Below are positions 37,636 through 47,405 of a DNA stretch of 64,000 nt, in pieces. A model generated the notes under the pieces. That model was given only the letters and a program-made list of their open reading frames with translations. It made no database searches and was not told where the DNA came from. This stretch comes from a virus (taxonomy: Duplodnaviria > Caudoviricetes), in the IMG/VR virus record IMGVR_UViG_3300021431_000100, positions 1-64,000 of that record; one strand, written 5' to 3'. The position numbers and the translations under genes were made by a program. Each line of letters opens with the position of its first letter. Within the stretch, counting starts at the first letter, position 1.

Positions 37636-38205
37636 ATGATTGCAAACAATACTTTAATTTTAGGGTTGGATATTTCCACTAAAAATACAGGTTGGAGTGT
37701 CGTTAAGTATACAGACGATAACTATGAGTTGCTTGATTATGGTGACATTCCTCGTGGGAAAATGGATATTGATGAAGTTCTTGTAAATTTTGAAAAAGAA
37801 TTTCAAAAGATATTAGACAAATGGAATCCCGACGTTATTTCTGCAGAAGCTCCTTTCGTTGGGAGCAATCGACAAACTATTGAAAAATTATGCTATGTTC
37901 ACGGTGTAATGCTTTTAATGGCTAAAAAAGAAAGAATTCCCGTTACTTACTATAGTGTTATGACACTTAAATCAAAAGTGCTTGGTGGTATTAAAGCAAA
38001 GAAAGAAGACGGCACTAAGAAAACAGGTAAGGAAATGAAACAGGAAGTTCAGGATAAAATAATTGAAATTTTTGGTAAAGAAAACTTTATCAAAGAATAT
38101 AATGACGACATTACAGATAGTATGTCCGCAGCTTATACATACATAGTAATGGACGGATTACCTGTTGAGAAAAAGAAGAAAACAAGAAAGAAAAAATCTT
38201 CTTGA
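37636..38205 (+). CDS. ruvC: RuvC-like Holliday junction resolvase
   Basis: ILGLDISTKNTGW (first Asp), ISAEAPF (Glu) and DDITDS (C-terminal Asps). Confidence 0.8.
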   Translation: MIANNTLILGLDISTKNTGWSVVKYTDDNYELLDYGDIPRGKMDIDEVLVNFEKEFQKILDKWNPDVISAEAPFVGSNRQTIEKLCYVHGVMLLMAKKERIPVTYYSVMTLKSKVLGGIKAKKEDGTKKTGKEMKQEVQDKIIEIFGKENFIKEYNDDITDSMSAAYTYIVMDGLPVEKKKKTRKKKSS

Positions 38206-38266
38206 CAGTAGACAAATGTTAATATAAAATAAAATATATAAACGATAAAGAAAGAAGGATTTTGAA

Positions 38267-38728
38267 ATGGCGAACAAAAAACGGTTAATTACAGCTTATC
38301 AAGACGCTGAGTCTGCATTAAAGAAAGTTCTTCCACATGGTAGCGGAATTGATTATGATTGGAGTTTTGAGGTCAAAGGCGATACTATTGTGGCTAATAA
38401 CGGTTGGCATTATATGGATGCTAATGGTATGTATGTTGGTGGAATGGGATTTGACATCGTACTTAAATCTGATGGTAGTTATTCTGACCCTAATTTTCAT
38501 TTAGACGACCTTGTTAAGAGTGAAGTAGGTAAGGAAGTTGCTTATGAACACTTTGTAGATGATGAAGAATATGAAAATCCACAGGATTTGTCAGAAGAAG
38601 AAATCCGTAGGGCACTTGAATTTGAAACTGATTTAATTTCTGATATTATTTTTGAAATGTTTGAAACTGTAGATAAAGAAGTTCTTGCAAAAGCAGTTAA
38701 AGATTATATTGCGGAAGAACAGGCTTGA
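38267..38728 (+). CDS. Acidic hypothetical protein (KRLIT motif)
   Basis: Preceded by TTGACA-17-TAAAAT (38202-38230) and followed by a terminator. Confidence 0.6.
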   Translation: MANKKRLITAYQDAESALKKVLPHGSGIDYDWSFEVKGDTIVANNGWHYMDANGMYVGGMGFDIVLKSDGSYSDPNFHLDDLVKSEVGKEVAYEHFVDDEEYENPQDLSEEEIRRALEFETDLISDIIFEMFETVDKEVLAKAVKDYIAEEQA

Positions 38729-38842
38729 TACAAAATTTTAAGGCACTCTTAACAGAGTGTCTTTTTTTATTGCTATTGACAGTTTTAGGTATTTTTGATA
38801 AGATATTAACGAGAGAAATATATTAAGAAAGAAGGAATTTTT

Positions 38843-39973
38843 TTGAAAATCGTTTGTTTTGCCGACACACATGCGGGGGTTAAAAATTATGGTAAGATAG
38901 ATAAAACTACAGGCATGAACGAAAGAGAAGTACAAACTTTAAATTTGTTAAATGAAGTGGTTGAATATTCTATAAATAACAAAGTAGATTGTGTAGTGTT
39001 TGCAGGAGATATGTATCATAAGAATATGCCGTCTCCAACATTAGTTAATAGTGTTAATGAAATAATGGTTAAGTTATCCGATAATAAAATCAGAACATTT
39101 GTTCTTGACGGTAATCATGACGTGTCTAAAATGGAAACATTTAATTCAGGGTTGACACAGTTTGACACATTACATATTCCGTATTTTACACACAGTCGTT
39201 TTTATAAGGAAGAGTTGTTTGATTGTGAAGGTACAACTTATCGTTTTATATTTTTGCCAACCTATCATACAAAAGATGAAATTGCAGAATATATGGCTAA
39301 GTTGGATAATAAATATCCAACATTTATTATTTTTCATGGTTCTATTCTTAATGCTCAGTTAAATGATTGGAATACTATGGATAGTAATACAAGTATTCCT
39401 AAAGAAGTTTTTAATAAGCCTAATGTATTGAGCGTAATTATGGGTCATTTCCACAAATATCAGGTGCTTGAAGAAAAACCTTTGGTATTCTATACAGGTT
39501 CTACAAATCGTATAGATTTTTCTGAGGAAAAGCAGAAGAAGGGCTTCGTTATTCTTGACGTTAATAATACTGAGGTAAATCATGCTTTTGTAGAACTCGA
39601 TAAGGCACAGAAGTTTAAGACTATTATGCTTGATTGTACTAATATGAGTACTGCACAGGAAATTGAAAATTGCATTAGTGACGCTTTGGATTCAACAATT
39701 ATTAAAGACTGTATTCTTCGTATTAGATTGAATTTAAATGAGAATATTATTGTTGACGAGAAGAAAATTCTTGAAAAAGCATATAACCAAGGCGTGTATT
39801 ATATGCTTAAAATTCAAAAGACTTTACCAAATATAGAAACTATTGTAGAGGACGGCATTAGCAATATGCTTTCCGTTCAAGAGTCTTTGAAGAAATATTT
39901 TGACGGACAAAAACGAATGTCCGAGCGTGTTAATTTAGGAATGGCTATTGTTAAGGAAATTGAGGGAGAATAA
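38843..39973 (+). CDS. sbcD: SbcD/Mre11-like nuclease
   Basis: Metallophosphoesterase motifs DTH, GDMYH, GNHD and GHFH. Confidence 0.9.
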   Translation: MKIVCFADTHAGVKNYGKIDKTTGMNEREVQTLNLLNEVVEYSINNKVDCVVFAGDMYHKNMPSPTLVNSVNEIMVKLSDNKIRTFVLDGNHDVSKMETFNSGLTQFDTLHIPYFTHSRFYKEELFDCEGTTYRFIFLPTYHTKDEIAEYMAKLDNKYPTFIIFHGSILNAQLNDWNTMDSNTSIPKEVFNKPNVLSVIMGHFHKYQVLEEKPLVFYTGSTNRIDFSEEKQKKGFVILDVNNTEVNHAFVELDKAQKFKTIMLDCTNMSTAQEIENCISDALDSTIIKDCILRIRLNLNENIIVDEKKILEKAYNQGVYYMLKIQKTLPNIETIVEDGISNMLSVQESLKKYFDGQKRMSERVNLGMAIVKEIEGE

Positions 39974-40375
39974 ATGTACGTAAAACCTGTTACTTGTAAT
40001 ATGATGTTATATTATGGTGTGTTTACGAACGAAGCAGAAATCTCCAATATTTTGCATGTTAAAAAGTTGAAGTTGGAAGATTTTTATGGCTATATCTATA
40101 GTAGGGATTTACAATTTCAGCGTGTAGGTAATAGCAAAAATTCTAAAGAGTTGGTTGTTGGTAAACAGCTTGATTATTACAATGATTTTGTTGCCATGAA
40201 GATTATACATGTTGGTTCTGAAATTAAGTGTACACATATGAATGGCAAGGACATTAAACTTAAATTGACATCACAGGAAGAAAATGAAGTAAACACCAAA
40301 TTGTTGGAATTAGGGTTCTTTCCTAACACCAATTATTATTTGTTTCATAATTATGATTCAAAATTGATAAAATGA
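39974..40375 (+). CDS. Hypothetical protein
   Basis: 133-aa ORF abutting sbcD. Confidence 0.55.
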   Translation: MYVKPVTCNMMLYYGVFTNEAEISNILHVKKLKLEDFYGYIYSRDLQFQRVGNSKNSKELVVGKQLDYYNDFVAMKIIHVGSEIKCTHMNGKDIKLKLTSQEENEVNTKLLELGFFPNTNYYLFHNYDSKLIK

Positions 40376-40389
40376 GAGGGAAATAAAAT

Positions 40390-42450
40390 ATGTTACCAAA
40401 GTATTTAAAAATTAAAGGATTTAGAAGTTATATAGATACTGAAATTGATTTTGCACAATTCGGTGATATGTTTTGTGTAATTGGTCAAAACGGAGCAGGT
40501 AAATCTTCCATTATAGAAATGATTACAACTGCTTTGTATTGGGTAAATTCTTGCACTGATTCTAAAGGAGCAGGAATGGACGAATGTATTAATTCTGATT
40601 GCGACCATTTTGAAATTGAATTTTGTTTTGTAATGAATGGGATTGAATACATTATCAAAACTACAAAATACCGTGGCGAGAGCCGTGAATTGGAGTTTTA
40701 CATTGACGGTGTAAATCAGTCTGAAAAAGTAACTGAAACTCAGGAAAAAATTAACAATGTTTTAAAAATGGATTATGATACTTTCCTTGACACTGTTTGT
40801 ATTGGACAGGGAAAATCTAGCCGTTTTATGTCCAAAAAACCTGCCGAACGTAAGCAGACATTAATGCAGATTCTTGACGTTCAGAAATATGAACAGTATG
40901 AGAAGCTTGCCAAAGAAAAGAAAAAAGCTATTAAAGAGCAAATGGACGCTATTGATTATAAAATTGATTTGATTGGGAATAATGAAATTAATGAAGATGA
41001 AGTTAAAAGCACTATTGCTAATAACGAAATTGCGATTTCTGCTCATAAAAAATCAGTAGAAAAATTGAAGAAACAACTCGAACAAGAGTTGGAAGAAAAA
41101 GCAAAGTACAAGTCTATTATTGAATTGAATAATAATGCTAAAATGTCACAAGCTTCGGCAAACAGAAATTATGAAAATTTGTTGAGCAAATTAAATAATG
41201 CTAAACAGAAAAAAGAAGAAATGGGTAATTCTGCTATGCCTAACGTTGAAGCTTATAAAGAAGACATTCTTAAATATAAGCAACAATATGAAGACAACGA
41301 AACCAAGTTGAATGAATTGAAAGAAAAAATTCACAACTTAAAAACACAAGCACAAATTCATCAAAATTATATTAATGATTATCGTAAGCAATTTGAAGAT
41401 TTTAAGTCTTATGATAAAGCTATTTGCGAATTGTGTGGTAATGAAATTACTGAAAGCCATAAAGAATCTCATTTAAGGAAAATTAAGGCACAGGCAAAAG
41501 AACATAGTATTAAGAAGAAAGAATTTTTGGCACAAGCAGAAACATTAGCAGAAGATGTTAACTTGATGACAACACAGAATAATGAATATCGTCACAAAAT
41601 TGATTTTGGTAAAGAACAAATTCACCAAGCACAGTTACAGAAAAGTAAATATGACGATATAATAAATATGTTCAATTCTTTGAATGAAATGTTTGAAGAA
41701 GCTAAAAAGCAAAAAGAACAAGCTGACAAAATGGAAATTTTGAACATTGAAGAAAAGCAATTTAATGATGATGAAATTCGCCATAAAATTACTGCAGAAG
41801 AATCTGAAATGTTAACGTTAGTTTCTGAAAATGCTCGTTTGCAGGAAAGCATTAACAATTACAACCAAAACAAATTGCAATTGGAAGAACTGCAAAAAGA
41901 ATATGCTGTATTGAAACAAAAACATACAGACTTAACAGCAGTTGCAACAGCTTTTGGTAAATCAGGTATTCCTGCTTCTATTATTGCTCATGATATTCCT
42001 GAGATGGAAGCAGAAACCAATAAAATTCTTAAAGTGATTTCCAATGATACTATGTCTATTCAGTTTATTACCACAAAACAAACTGCAAAAGGTAAGAAAA
42101 CAACAGATACTTTGGAGATTGTTGTAAATGACACTAATGGGGCACGAGCCTATGAAACATATTCAGGTGGCGAAAAGTTCCGTATAGATTTTGCTTGTCA
42201 TATTGGCATGGCGAAATTCCTCACCAAACGTGCAGGAGCAAGTATCGACTTCTTGATTATTGATGAAGGTCTTGGAAGTCAGGACGATTTTGCCAAGCAA
42301 AAGTTCATTGAAAGCATTAATGCCTTGAAGGGTTTATTTAAGCAAATTATGGTAATTACACATATTCAAGATTTACAGAATGCTTTCGATAAGAGAGTTC
42401 TTGTAGAAAAAGACCAACTCAATGGTTCAAAGGTGGAGATTATTTCTTGA
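40390..42450 (+). CDS. sbcC: SbcC/Rad50-like ATPase
   Basis: GQNGAGKSS Walker A, coiled coil with CELC zinc hook, YSGGE signature and IIDEG Walker B. Confidence 0.92.
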   Translation: MLPKYLKIKGFRSYIDTEIDFAQFGDMFCVIGQNGAGKSSIIEMITTALYWVNSCTDSKGAGMDECINSDCDHFEIEFCFVMNGIEYIIKTTKYRGESRELEFYIDGVNQSEKVTETQEKINNVLKMDYDTFLDTVCIGQGKSSRFMSKKPAERKQTLMQILDVQKYEQYEKLAKEKKKAIKEQMDAIDYKIDLIGNNEINEDEVKSTIANNEIAISAHKKSVEKLKKQLEQELEEKAKYKSIIELNNNAKMSQASANRNYENLLSKLNNAKQKKEEMGNSAMPNVEAYKEDILKYKQQYEDNETKLNELKEKIHNLKTQAQIHQNYINDYRKQFEDFKSYDKAICELCGNEITESHKESHLRKIKAQAKEHSIKKKEFLAQAETLAEDVNLMTTQNNEYRHKIDFGKEQIHQAQLQKSKYDDIINMFNSLNEMFEEAKKQKEQADKMEILNIEEKQFNDDEIRHKITAEESEMLTLVSENARLQESINNYNQNKLQLEELQKEYAVLKQKHTDLTAVATAFGKSGIPASIIAHDIPEMEAETNKILKVISNDTMSIQFITTKQTAKGKKTTDTLEIVVNDTNGARAYETYSGGEKFRIDFACHIGMAKFLTKRAGASIDFLIIDEGLGSQDDFAKQKFIESINALKGLFKQIMVITHIQDLQNAFDKRVLVEKDQLNGSKVEIIS

Positions 42451-42508
42451 CCAAAATTTTGAACAAAAAATATAATACAGATATACAAAATAAAAAGGTG
42501 GGAAGAAA

Positions 42509-43219
42509 ATGTTTATTGACGTAGAGTTTGACGAAATCGAGACTCCAAAGAAAGAAACAAAGAAAACTAAAGAGGCTAAGGAAAAGACTTTTTCTGAAGT
42601 TTTGGACGACCTTGACGAGGAATATGGTGGCAAGAGTTGTAGTTTTGTAGAAGTAGAAAATATTGGTAAGACCATGTTACGTGCTTTGCCAAAGCTTAAT
42701 TTTACAAAACTTCGTAATGAAATGAGCCACATGCATGTAAATGTATTTGAGAATCCTACTACATTTCAGCTTACCGAAGCTATGGCACAGGTACAGGTTT
42801 ATAAGAACCGTTTGGCTGAAATTATGACTTTGGTAGAACACGAATATATTACTCGTAAGCGTGTAAATGATATTTTGTTTGACGCAAACCAAGCAATCTC
42901 TAAGCAGAGTTCAGCAGATAAGCGTAAAGGTGAAGCAACTTTGCGTTTTCCAACACTGCTTATGAAGTTTAGCGAGATTGAAAGTTTCCGTTATGAAGTG
43001 AATAGTGTTATGAATAATCTTCGGTCTATTGGTGATACAATTTCTCGTCAAACTACTGTAATGCAAATGCAGATTAACCTTGGCGAATATCGCAAAAAGA
43101 CAGCAGAAGATTTTAGAAATCGTGGTGAAGGTGAAGACCCACTTGATTATAAATCAGGTGCTCCACAGTTATTTGACGAAAGCCCAATTAAAGAGCAGTC
43201 TTGGACAGAAGATTTCTAA
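42509..43219 (+). CDS. Helical hypothetical protein (possibly a UvsY-like recombination mediator)
   Basis: Helical character and position next to sbcCD only. The function is a guess. Confidence 0.3.
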   Translation: MFIDVEFDEIETPKKETKKTKEAKEKTFSEVLDDLDEEYGGKSCSFVEVENIGKTMLRALPKLNFTKLRNEMSHMHVNVFENPTTFQLTEAMAQVQVYKNRLAEIMTLVEHEYITRKRVNDILFDANQAISKQSSADKRKGEATLRFPTLLMKFSEIESFRYEVNSVMNNLRSIGDTISRQTTVMQMQINLGEYRKKTAEDFRNRGEGEDPLDYKSGAPQLFDESPIKEQSWTEDF

Positions 43220-43285
43220 GTAATGTAAAGGGCACAATCAGCCAATTGTGCCCTTTTTATATTAATTATAAAAGGCGGTGAAAAA

Positions 43286-44356
43286 ATGAAGTTGTCAAAA
43301 AGTTCACAAGCTAATGTGGAACAGTTTATGGAAAATCGTATGGCAGTGGATGCAATTGGTAAGGCTTTGTCAAGAGCCAAAAGTTACGGTTTTACGAACG
43401 CAGAACGTCAGCCGTTAATTATCCAAAAGTTAAAAATTGTTAATGCCTACAAGGAATCCAAAGAACGAATTCTTGCTGATTTTATTAATTGTAATGTAAT
43501 GGAATTGACAGAAAATTGGTATGCTATTTTATGTTTAAATGGAAGTAAAAAAGATATATTGGTTTGTCCTTTAAATAAGAAAAACATTGCGGATATTCAA
43601 CATGATTTTATTACAGGCAAGTTAAAGCCTCAATGTGAATATGGACAGTTTATTAAGCAAAATACAAACCATAAAGCACTTGACCAATATAAAATTGATA
43701 CTTTTAAAGTAGCAGATAAGATTATGGAAGAATTTTTGGATTGTATATGTACAATTACACGAAACAAACAGGAATATTCTCTTACGTCACATTGTTTGCG
43801 TCGTTGGAATGAAAGAATTTATGAAAACGACGAGAAGTTAAACAAAGATACCCGTAAAAATGCAGTGGGGGATTTAGCCAAATCTTTCGCAGAAGCTCAG
43901 TTGGTATATGAAAACAGTGACGGTAGATTTTTCTTTAATAAAGAGGACGTAATTTTCTTTGTTGTTTCACAGGATGATAGCGTAGTTACATTGTGGAAAA
44001 GCAAATTTGGCTTTACTTGTGAAGATATTGACCGTGTTACTACATTAATGCAACTTGACTATATTAATCAAATTCAAAAAGAATTTTATGCTTACAAAGA
44101 AGAATGTGATAAAGAAGTCGAAAGACTGAAAGAAGAAGAAAATTCTTATATTAATAGTGTTCATTATCTTGAAGAACAGATTGAAAGCTTAATTAATCTT
44201 AAAAATAAAATTCAAGAAAAACGTGAACAGCTTGGACAACATATTAGTGACGTTAAAAATAGTATTACGGGAAAATACAAGATTTTGAAGAAAGAAGAAA
44301 GCTTGTTATTTAAACCGCATAAGATGGTGACTGACGTAAATGAAGAAGAAGATTAG
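43286..44356 (+). CDS. Hypothetical protein with TxHxxxRxxER motif and C-terminal coiled coil
   Basis: LTSHCLRRWNERI resembles RelE/DUF4258-like nucleases. Weak support. Confidence 0.35.
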   Translation: MKLSKSSQANVEQFMENRMAVDAIGKALSRAKSYGFTNAERQPLIIQKLKIVNAYKESKERILADFINCNVMELTENWYAILCLNGSKKDILVCPLNKKNIADIQHDFITGKLKPQCEYGQFIKQNTNHKALDQYKIDTFKVADKIMEEFLDCICTITRNKQEYSLTSHCLRRWNERIYENDEKLNKDTRKNAVGDLAKSFAEAQLVYENSDGRFFFNKEDVIFFVVSQDDSVVTLWKSKFGFTCEDIDRVTTLMQLDYINQIQKEFYAYKEECDKEVERLKEEENSYINSVHYLEEQIESLINLKNKIQEKREQLGQHISDVKNSITGKYKILKKEESLLFKPHKMVTDVNEEED

Positions 44357-44942
44357 TGAAGAAAAATATAACATTTATCGTAGAGTTTTTTTAACTCTTT
44401 GTGATAAAATTAGTAAAATGTTAACTGTCTACCCTGCAGATGAAAAAGCTATTAAAGAATGTACTGTTAAATTGATAGTTGCAGGAGTACAAGTCATTAT
44501 TGGGATTAACTATAATGATATAGAATATAATTATAAATTTGCTAGTTCTGTATATCGAACTATAATATCTGCAATGTTAATGCTTAAACCCGAAGAATTG
44601 GCAAAAATCTTTATTCCTGAGAAAACATACGACGGGGAGAGGTTTGGAGAAAAAGATTATTTCTTTGCCAAACGAGCTATTGAGAAACAAAAAAAAGTAG
44701 GATTTAATAACAATATTGAAACTCTATTAGATTATTTAACTGATTTAAATAATCTTAGTGCGATTTTGTTTGTTATTAATTGCGAAAAAATTCAACGTTG
44801 TCAAATTGAATATGAAAATCGCCAAAGAACAGCAAAAAAAATTGATGCTATTATGAAAAAGTTTAAATGTGGCGTTATACTTAATAAACACGGTAAGTTG
44901 GAACATACTTATATATATGATAATGGGAGGCTCAAAAAATGA
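44340..44942 (+). CDS. Hypothetical protein
   Basis: 200-aa ORF overlapping both neighbours. Confidence 0.55.
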   Translation: MKKKISEEKYNIYRRVFLTLCDKISKMLTVYPADEKAIKECTVKLIVAGVQVIIGINYNDIEYNYKFASSVYRTIISAMLMLKPEELAKIFIPEKTYDGERFGEKDYFFAKRAIEKQKKVGFNNNIETLLDYLTDLNNLSAILFVINCEKIQRCQIEYENRQRTAKKIDAIMKKFKCGVILNKHGKLEHTYIYDNGRLKK

Positions 44943-45502
44943 GCGATATAAAACGTTTTGACCCCGAATTTACAGAGGACGGGCAGTTTATACCCAAACA
45001 AAAGTTCTGTGCTAGTTGTAAAAAACGTATGCAATGCGACAAGTTATATGATAAACGCAAAGAAAATCATACTACTAATGACTATTCAGAAATTGTATTG
45101 GATATGTATTATACATGCGACGAGCATGAAGCCATGTATATAGAATTCCCTATTTTGGTTAATGGAATTACTAGTGATATTGCTTTTGACCGAGATAATA
45201 ATGAATTCAGAGTTGGTGATATGTGTATTGTTTCTGTTAATGCCGAGGGGTTTGACGACAAATTACATTTAGGTATATATTTGGGCATGTTGCCTGTATC
45301 AATTATATCTTTATATGATAAGAAAAATACAAAAATTACAAATAAGTTTAATCCTAATCCTGCTATATTTGTACCCAAGTTTAATAAAGTATTTTATGGT
45401 ATGAATATGCGGTGGCAGTTTATAGAATCTAAAGAGGATTTGCTTGGGTTAGACGACAATGAACCTGTCGATTATCTCAATATGGTTAATAACAAATTTT
45501 AA
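44939..45502 (+). CDS. Hypothetical protein with a Cys cluster
   Basis: CASC..C..C pattern, ATGA overlap with the previous gene. Confidence 0.55.
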   Translation: MSDIKRFDPEFTEDGQFIPKQKFCASCKKRMQCDKLYDKRKENHTTNDYSEIVLDMYYTCDEHEAMYIEFPILVNGITSDIAFDRDNNEFRVGDMCIVSVNAEGFDDKLHLGIYLGMLPVSIISLYDKKNTKITNKFNPNPAIFVPKFNKVFYGMNMRWQFIESKEDLLGLDDNEPVDYLNMVNNKF

Positions 45503-45507
45503 AATTT

Positions 45508-45540
45508 TCCTCACTGTTTTTAAACAGTGAGGATTTTTTT
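45508..45540 (+). terminator. Intrinsic terminator insulating the cas operon
   Basis: TCCTCACTGTT / AACAGTGAGGA followed by a T-run. Confidence 0.85.
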
Positions 45541-45560
45541 GTAAAAAATTTAAAAAACTA

Positions 45561-45589
45561 TTGACATTTTATTGAGTTTGTGATTTAAT
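45561..45589 (+). promoter_or_regulatory. Promoter of the cas operon
   Basis: A-tract, TTGACA-17-TTTAAT with extended -10 TG. Confidence 0.7.
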
Positions 45590-45646
45590 ATAATTGTAAG
45601 TTTGAAAAGTAATTAAATATTACAATTAGAAAGGATGACTTAAACT

Positions 45647-46849
45647 ATGGCAAAAAAGAAAAATACTAGTAACACCACAACCGCTACTACTGCACCTGTT
45701 AAGGAATTGACCAACTTTTCTTTGGAACGCAGTTTGTTTGTTTCAAGTGCAGGAAAGCTCAGTGCTGTTAAGTGGGAAAACCGACATGGAATTCAGGCAG
45801 ATGTTCTTATCGACAAATTTCAGGGTGGTGCAAATGCTTGTAAAACCCACTATATGAAAGACGAGGCTACTATTTTAGCGGAAGCTTGTGACAACAATAC
45901 TCAGCAAGACCTTGATATATGTCACCTTCCTGTAGGATTTGATACTTTGTGCTTGGAATTTTCTGTGGAGGCACAGCCATTTAACAAGAAGCGAATTTCC
46001 GCTTGTAATCTTATGTCAGTAAGAAAGCGTTTGGCTTCCCTTGTTACTGAGTATGTAACTAATTGGGGATTTAAGGACATTGCAGTGCCTTATGTAAACA
46101 ACGTGGTTAATGGTTGTAGTTTGTGGAGAAATCAGAACAGTGCTGACGAGATTATAACTGAAATCGAGATTGGCAATGGTAAGCAGTTTGTTTTCAATTC
46201 TTTTAACTACGACCAGAACAAGTTTACAACAAACGACCCTCAGATTAACGAGATTGCAGATATGATTGCCGACACCCTTTGTGGGAAGCAGAGATTGTTC
46301 AAGATGACTGTCCGTATTTATGCTCGCCTTGGTGACAGACATATTGTATATCCTTCTCAAAACCTTATTATGGACACTAAAGGCAAGTTCCTTTATGAGT
46401 TGAATTCCGACCACCTTGCAGGACTGCATGACACTAAGATTGGTGCCGCGTTGCGTCGTATTGATACTTGGTATCCAGATTATATTAATAACAATAAAGA
46501 ACCTATTCCTGTATACGCTTATGGTCAGGATAGAACTGAGAACATTGTTCATAGATATTCTTTTGACAGCAATATTTATGGATATATTAAGACTTGGTTG
46601 CTTGAAGAACAGGATATTCCTGACGAAGCAAAGCATTTTGTTATGAGTTGTTTCGTTTTTGGTGGAGTATTTAACCCAAAAAATAACAATGACAAGAACG
46701 ACGCTAACAATAATAACAATGCTGACGCTAATGGCGATAAGACTGAAACTAACGATAGTGAAGTTAAGGCTGAGGCTGAGGAAACCGTTAAGACTGACGT
46801 TAACAAAAATGAGGCTGACGACGCTAACGCTACTTTGGCTATGTTTTGA
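45647..46849 (+). CDS. cas7f: Type I-F Cascade backbone Cas7f (Csy3) with a low-complexity C-terminal tail
   Basis: SLERSL, D.CHLP..DTL...FSV, Y..N..NG.SLWRN, VYPSQ, LHDTKIGAALRRIDTWY, PIPV.AYG and HFVMS.FV.GGVF. Confidence 0.9.
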   Translation: MAKKKNTSNTTTATTAPVKELTNFSLERSLFVSSAGKLSAVKWENRHGIQADVLIDKFQGGANACKTHYMKDEATILAEACDNNTQQDLDICHLPVGFDTLCLEFSVEAQPFNKKRISACNLMSVRKRLASLVTEYVTNWGFKDIAVPYVNNVVNGCSLWRNQNSADEIITEIEIGNGKQFVFNSFNYDQNKFTTNDPQINEIADMIADTLCGKQRLFKMTVRIYARLGDRHIVYPSQNLIMDTKGKFLYELNSDHLAGLHDTKIGAALRRIDTWYPDYINNNKEPIPVYAYGQDRTENIVHRYSFDSNIYGYIKTWLLEEQDIPDEAKHFVMSCFVFGGVFNPKNNNDKNDANNNNNADANGDKTETNDSEVKAEAEETVKTDVNKNEADDANATLAMF

Positions 46850-46862
46850 GGAGGTTTGAATA

Positions 46863-47405
46863 ATGTTTAGTCAGGAGATTGTGTTGGATGAACCGAGCAC
46901 TCACATGTTGAGTAATGTAATGAAAAAACTGCATGGTCTGTTTAGTCAGGAGGTAAATTGTGGGAAATTCGCTGTGTCTTTCCCACAGCATTCCTTCAAT
47001 AACAAGAAAGAACTCCAACTTGGCAATACAATTAGCGTTTTGTGCAACGAAGAAAAAACTTTGGCTGATTTAAATTTGTTACAGGAGTTTTCTGAATGGA
47101 AACTTCTTACCGTTAAGCCTAACATTACAAGTGTTGATAAATATTGTCTGTTTAAACGGGCACACCTTCATTCTTACAAGGCTCATGTAACAAGAAAAAT
47201 GAAGCGTGGAACACTGACTAATACAATTGATTTGTTTCAAGCACAAGAAAAGAAAAAGGAAGAATTTTCAAAACATGCGTGTTTGAAAATGTCAAGTAAA
47301 TCTACAAGACGTTATATGAAGCTGTATATTACAAAAAGCAAAAACGTTGAAAATGCCAAGTTCAATTCTTATGGATTGGTTACAGAAAGGATTAGTAATG
47401 GCTAA
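46863..47405 (+). CDS. cas6f: Type I-F crRNA endoribonuclease Cas6f (Csy4)
   Basis: KKLHGL (catalytic His), AVSFP, LG..I.V, SKST...LYI and FNSYGL. Confidence 0.82.
   Translation: MFSQEIVLDEPSTHMLSNVMKKLHGLFSQEVNCGKFAVSFPQHSFNNKKELQLGNTISVLCNEEKTLADLNLLQEFSEWKLLTVKPNITSVDKYCLFKRAHLHSYKAHVTRKMKRGTLTNTIDLFQAQEKKKEEFSKHACLKMSSKSTRRYMKLYITKSKNVENAKFNSYGLVTERISNG

Noticed and set aside
46016-46636. 206-aa antisense ORF inside cas7f (similar shadow ORFs at 49553-50119 and 8277-8750)
   Set aside because: These are fully nested opposite well-supported genes, lack an RBS or recognisable motifs, and are expected from codon bias.
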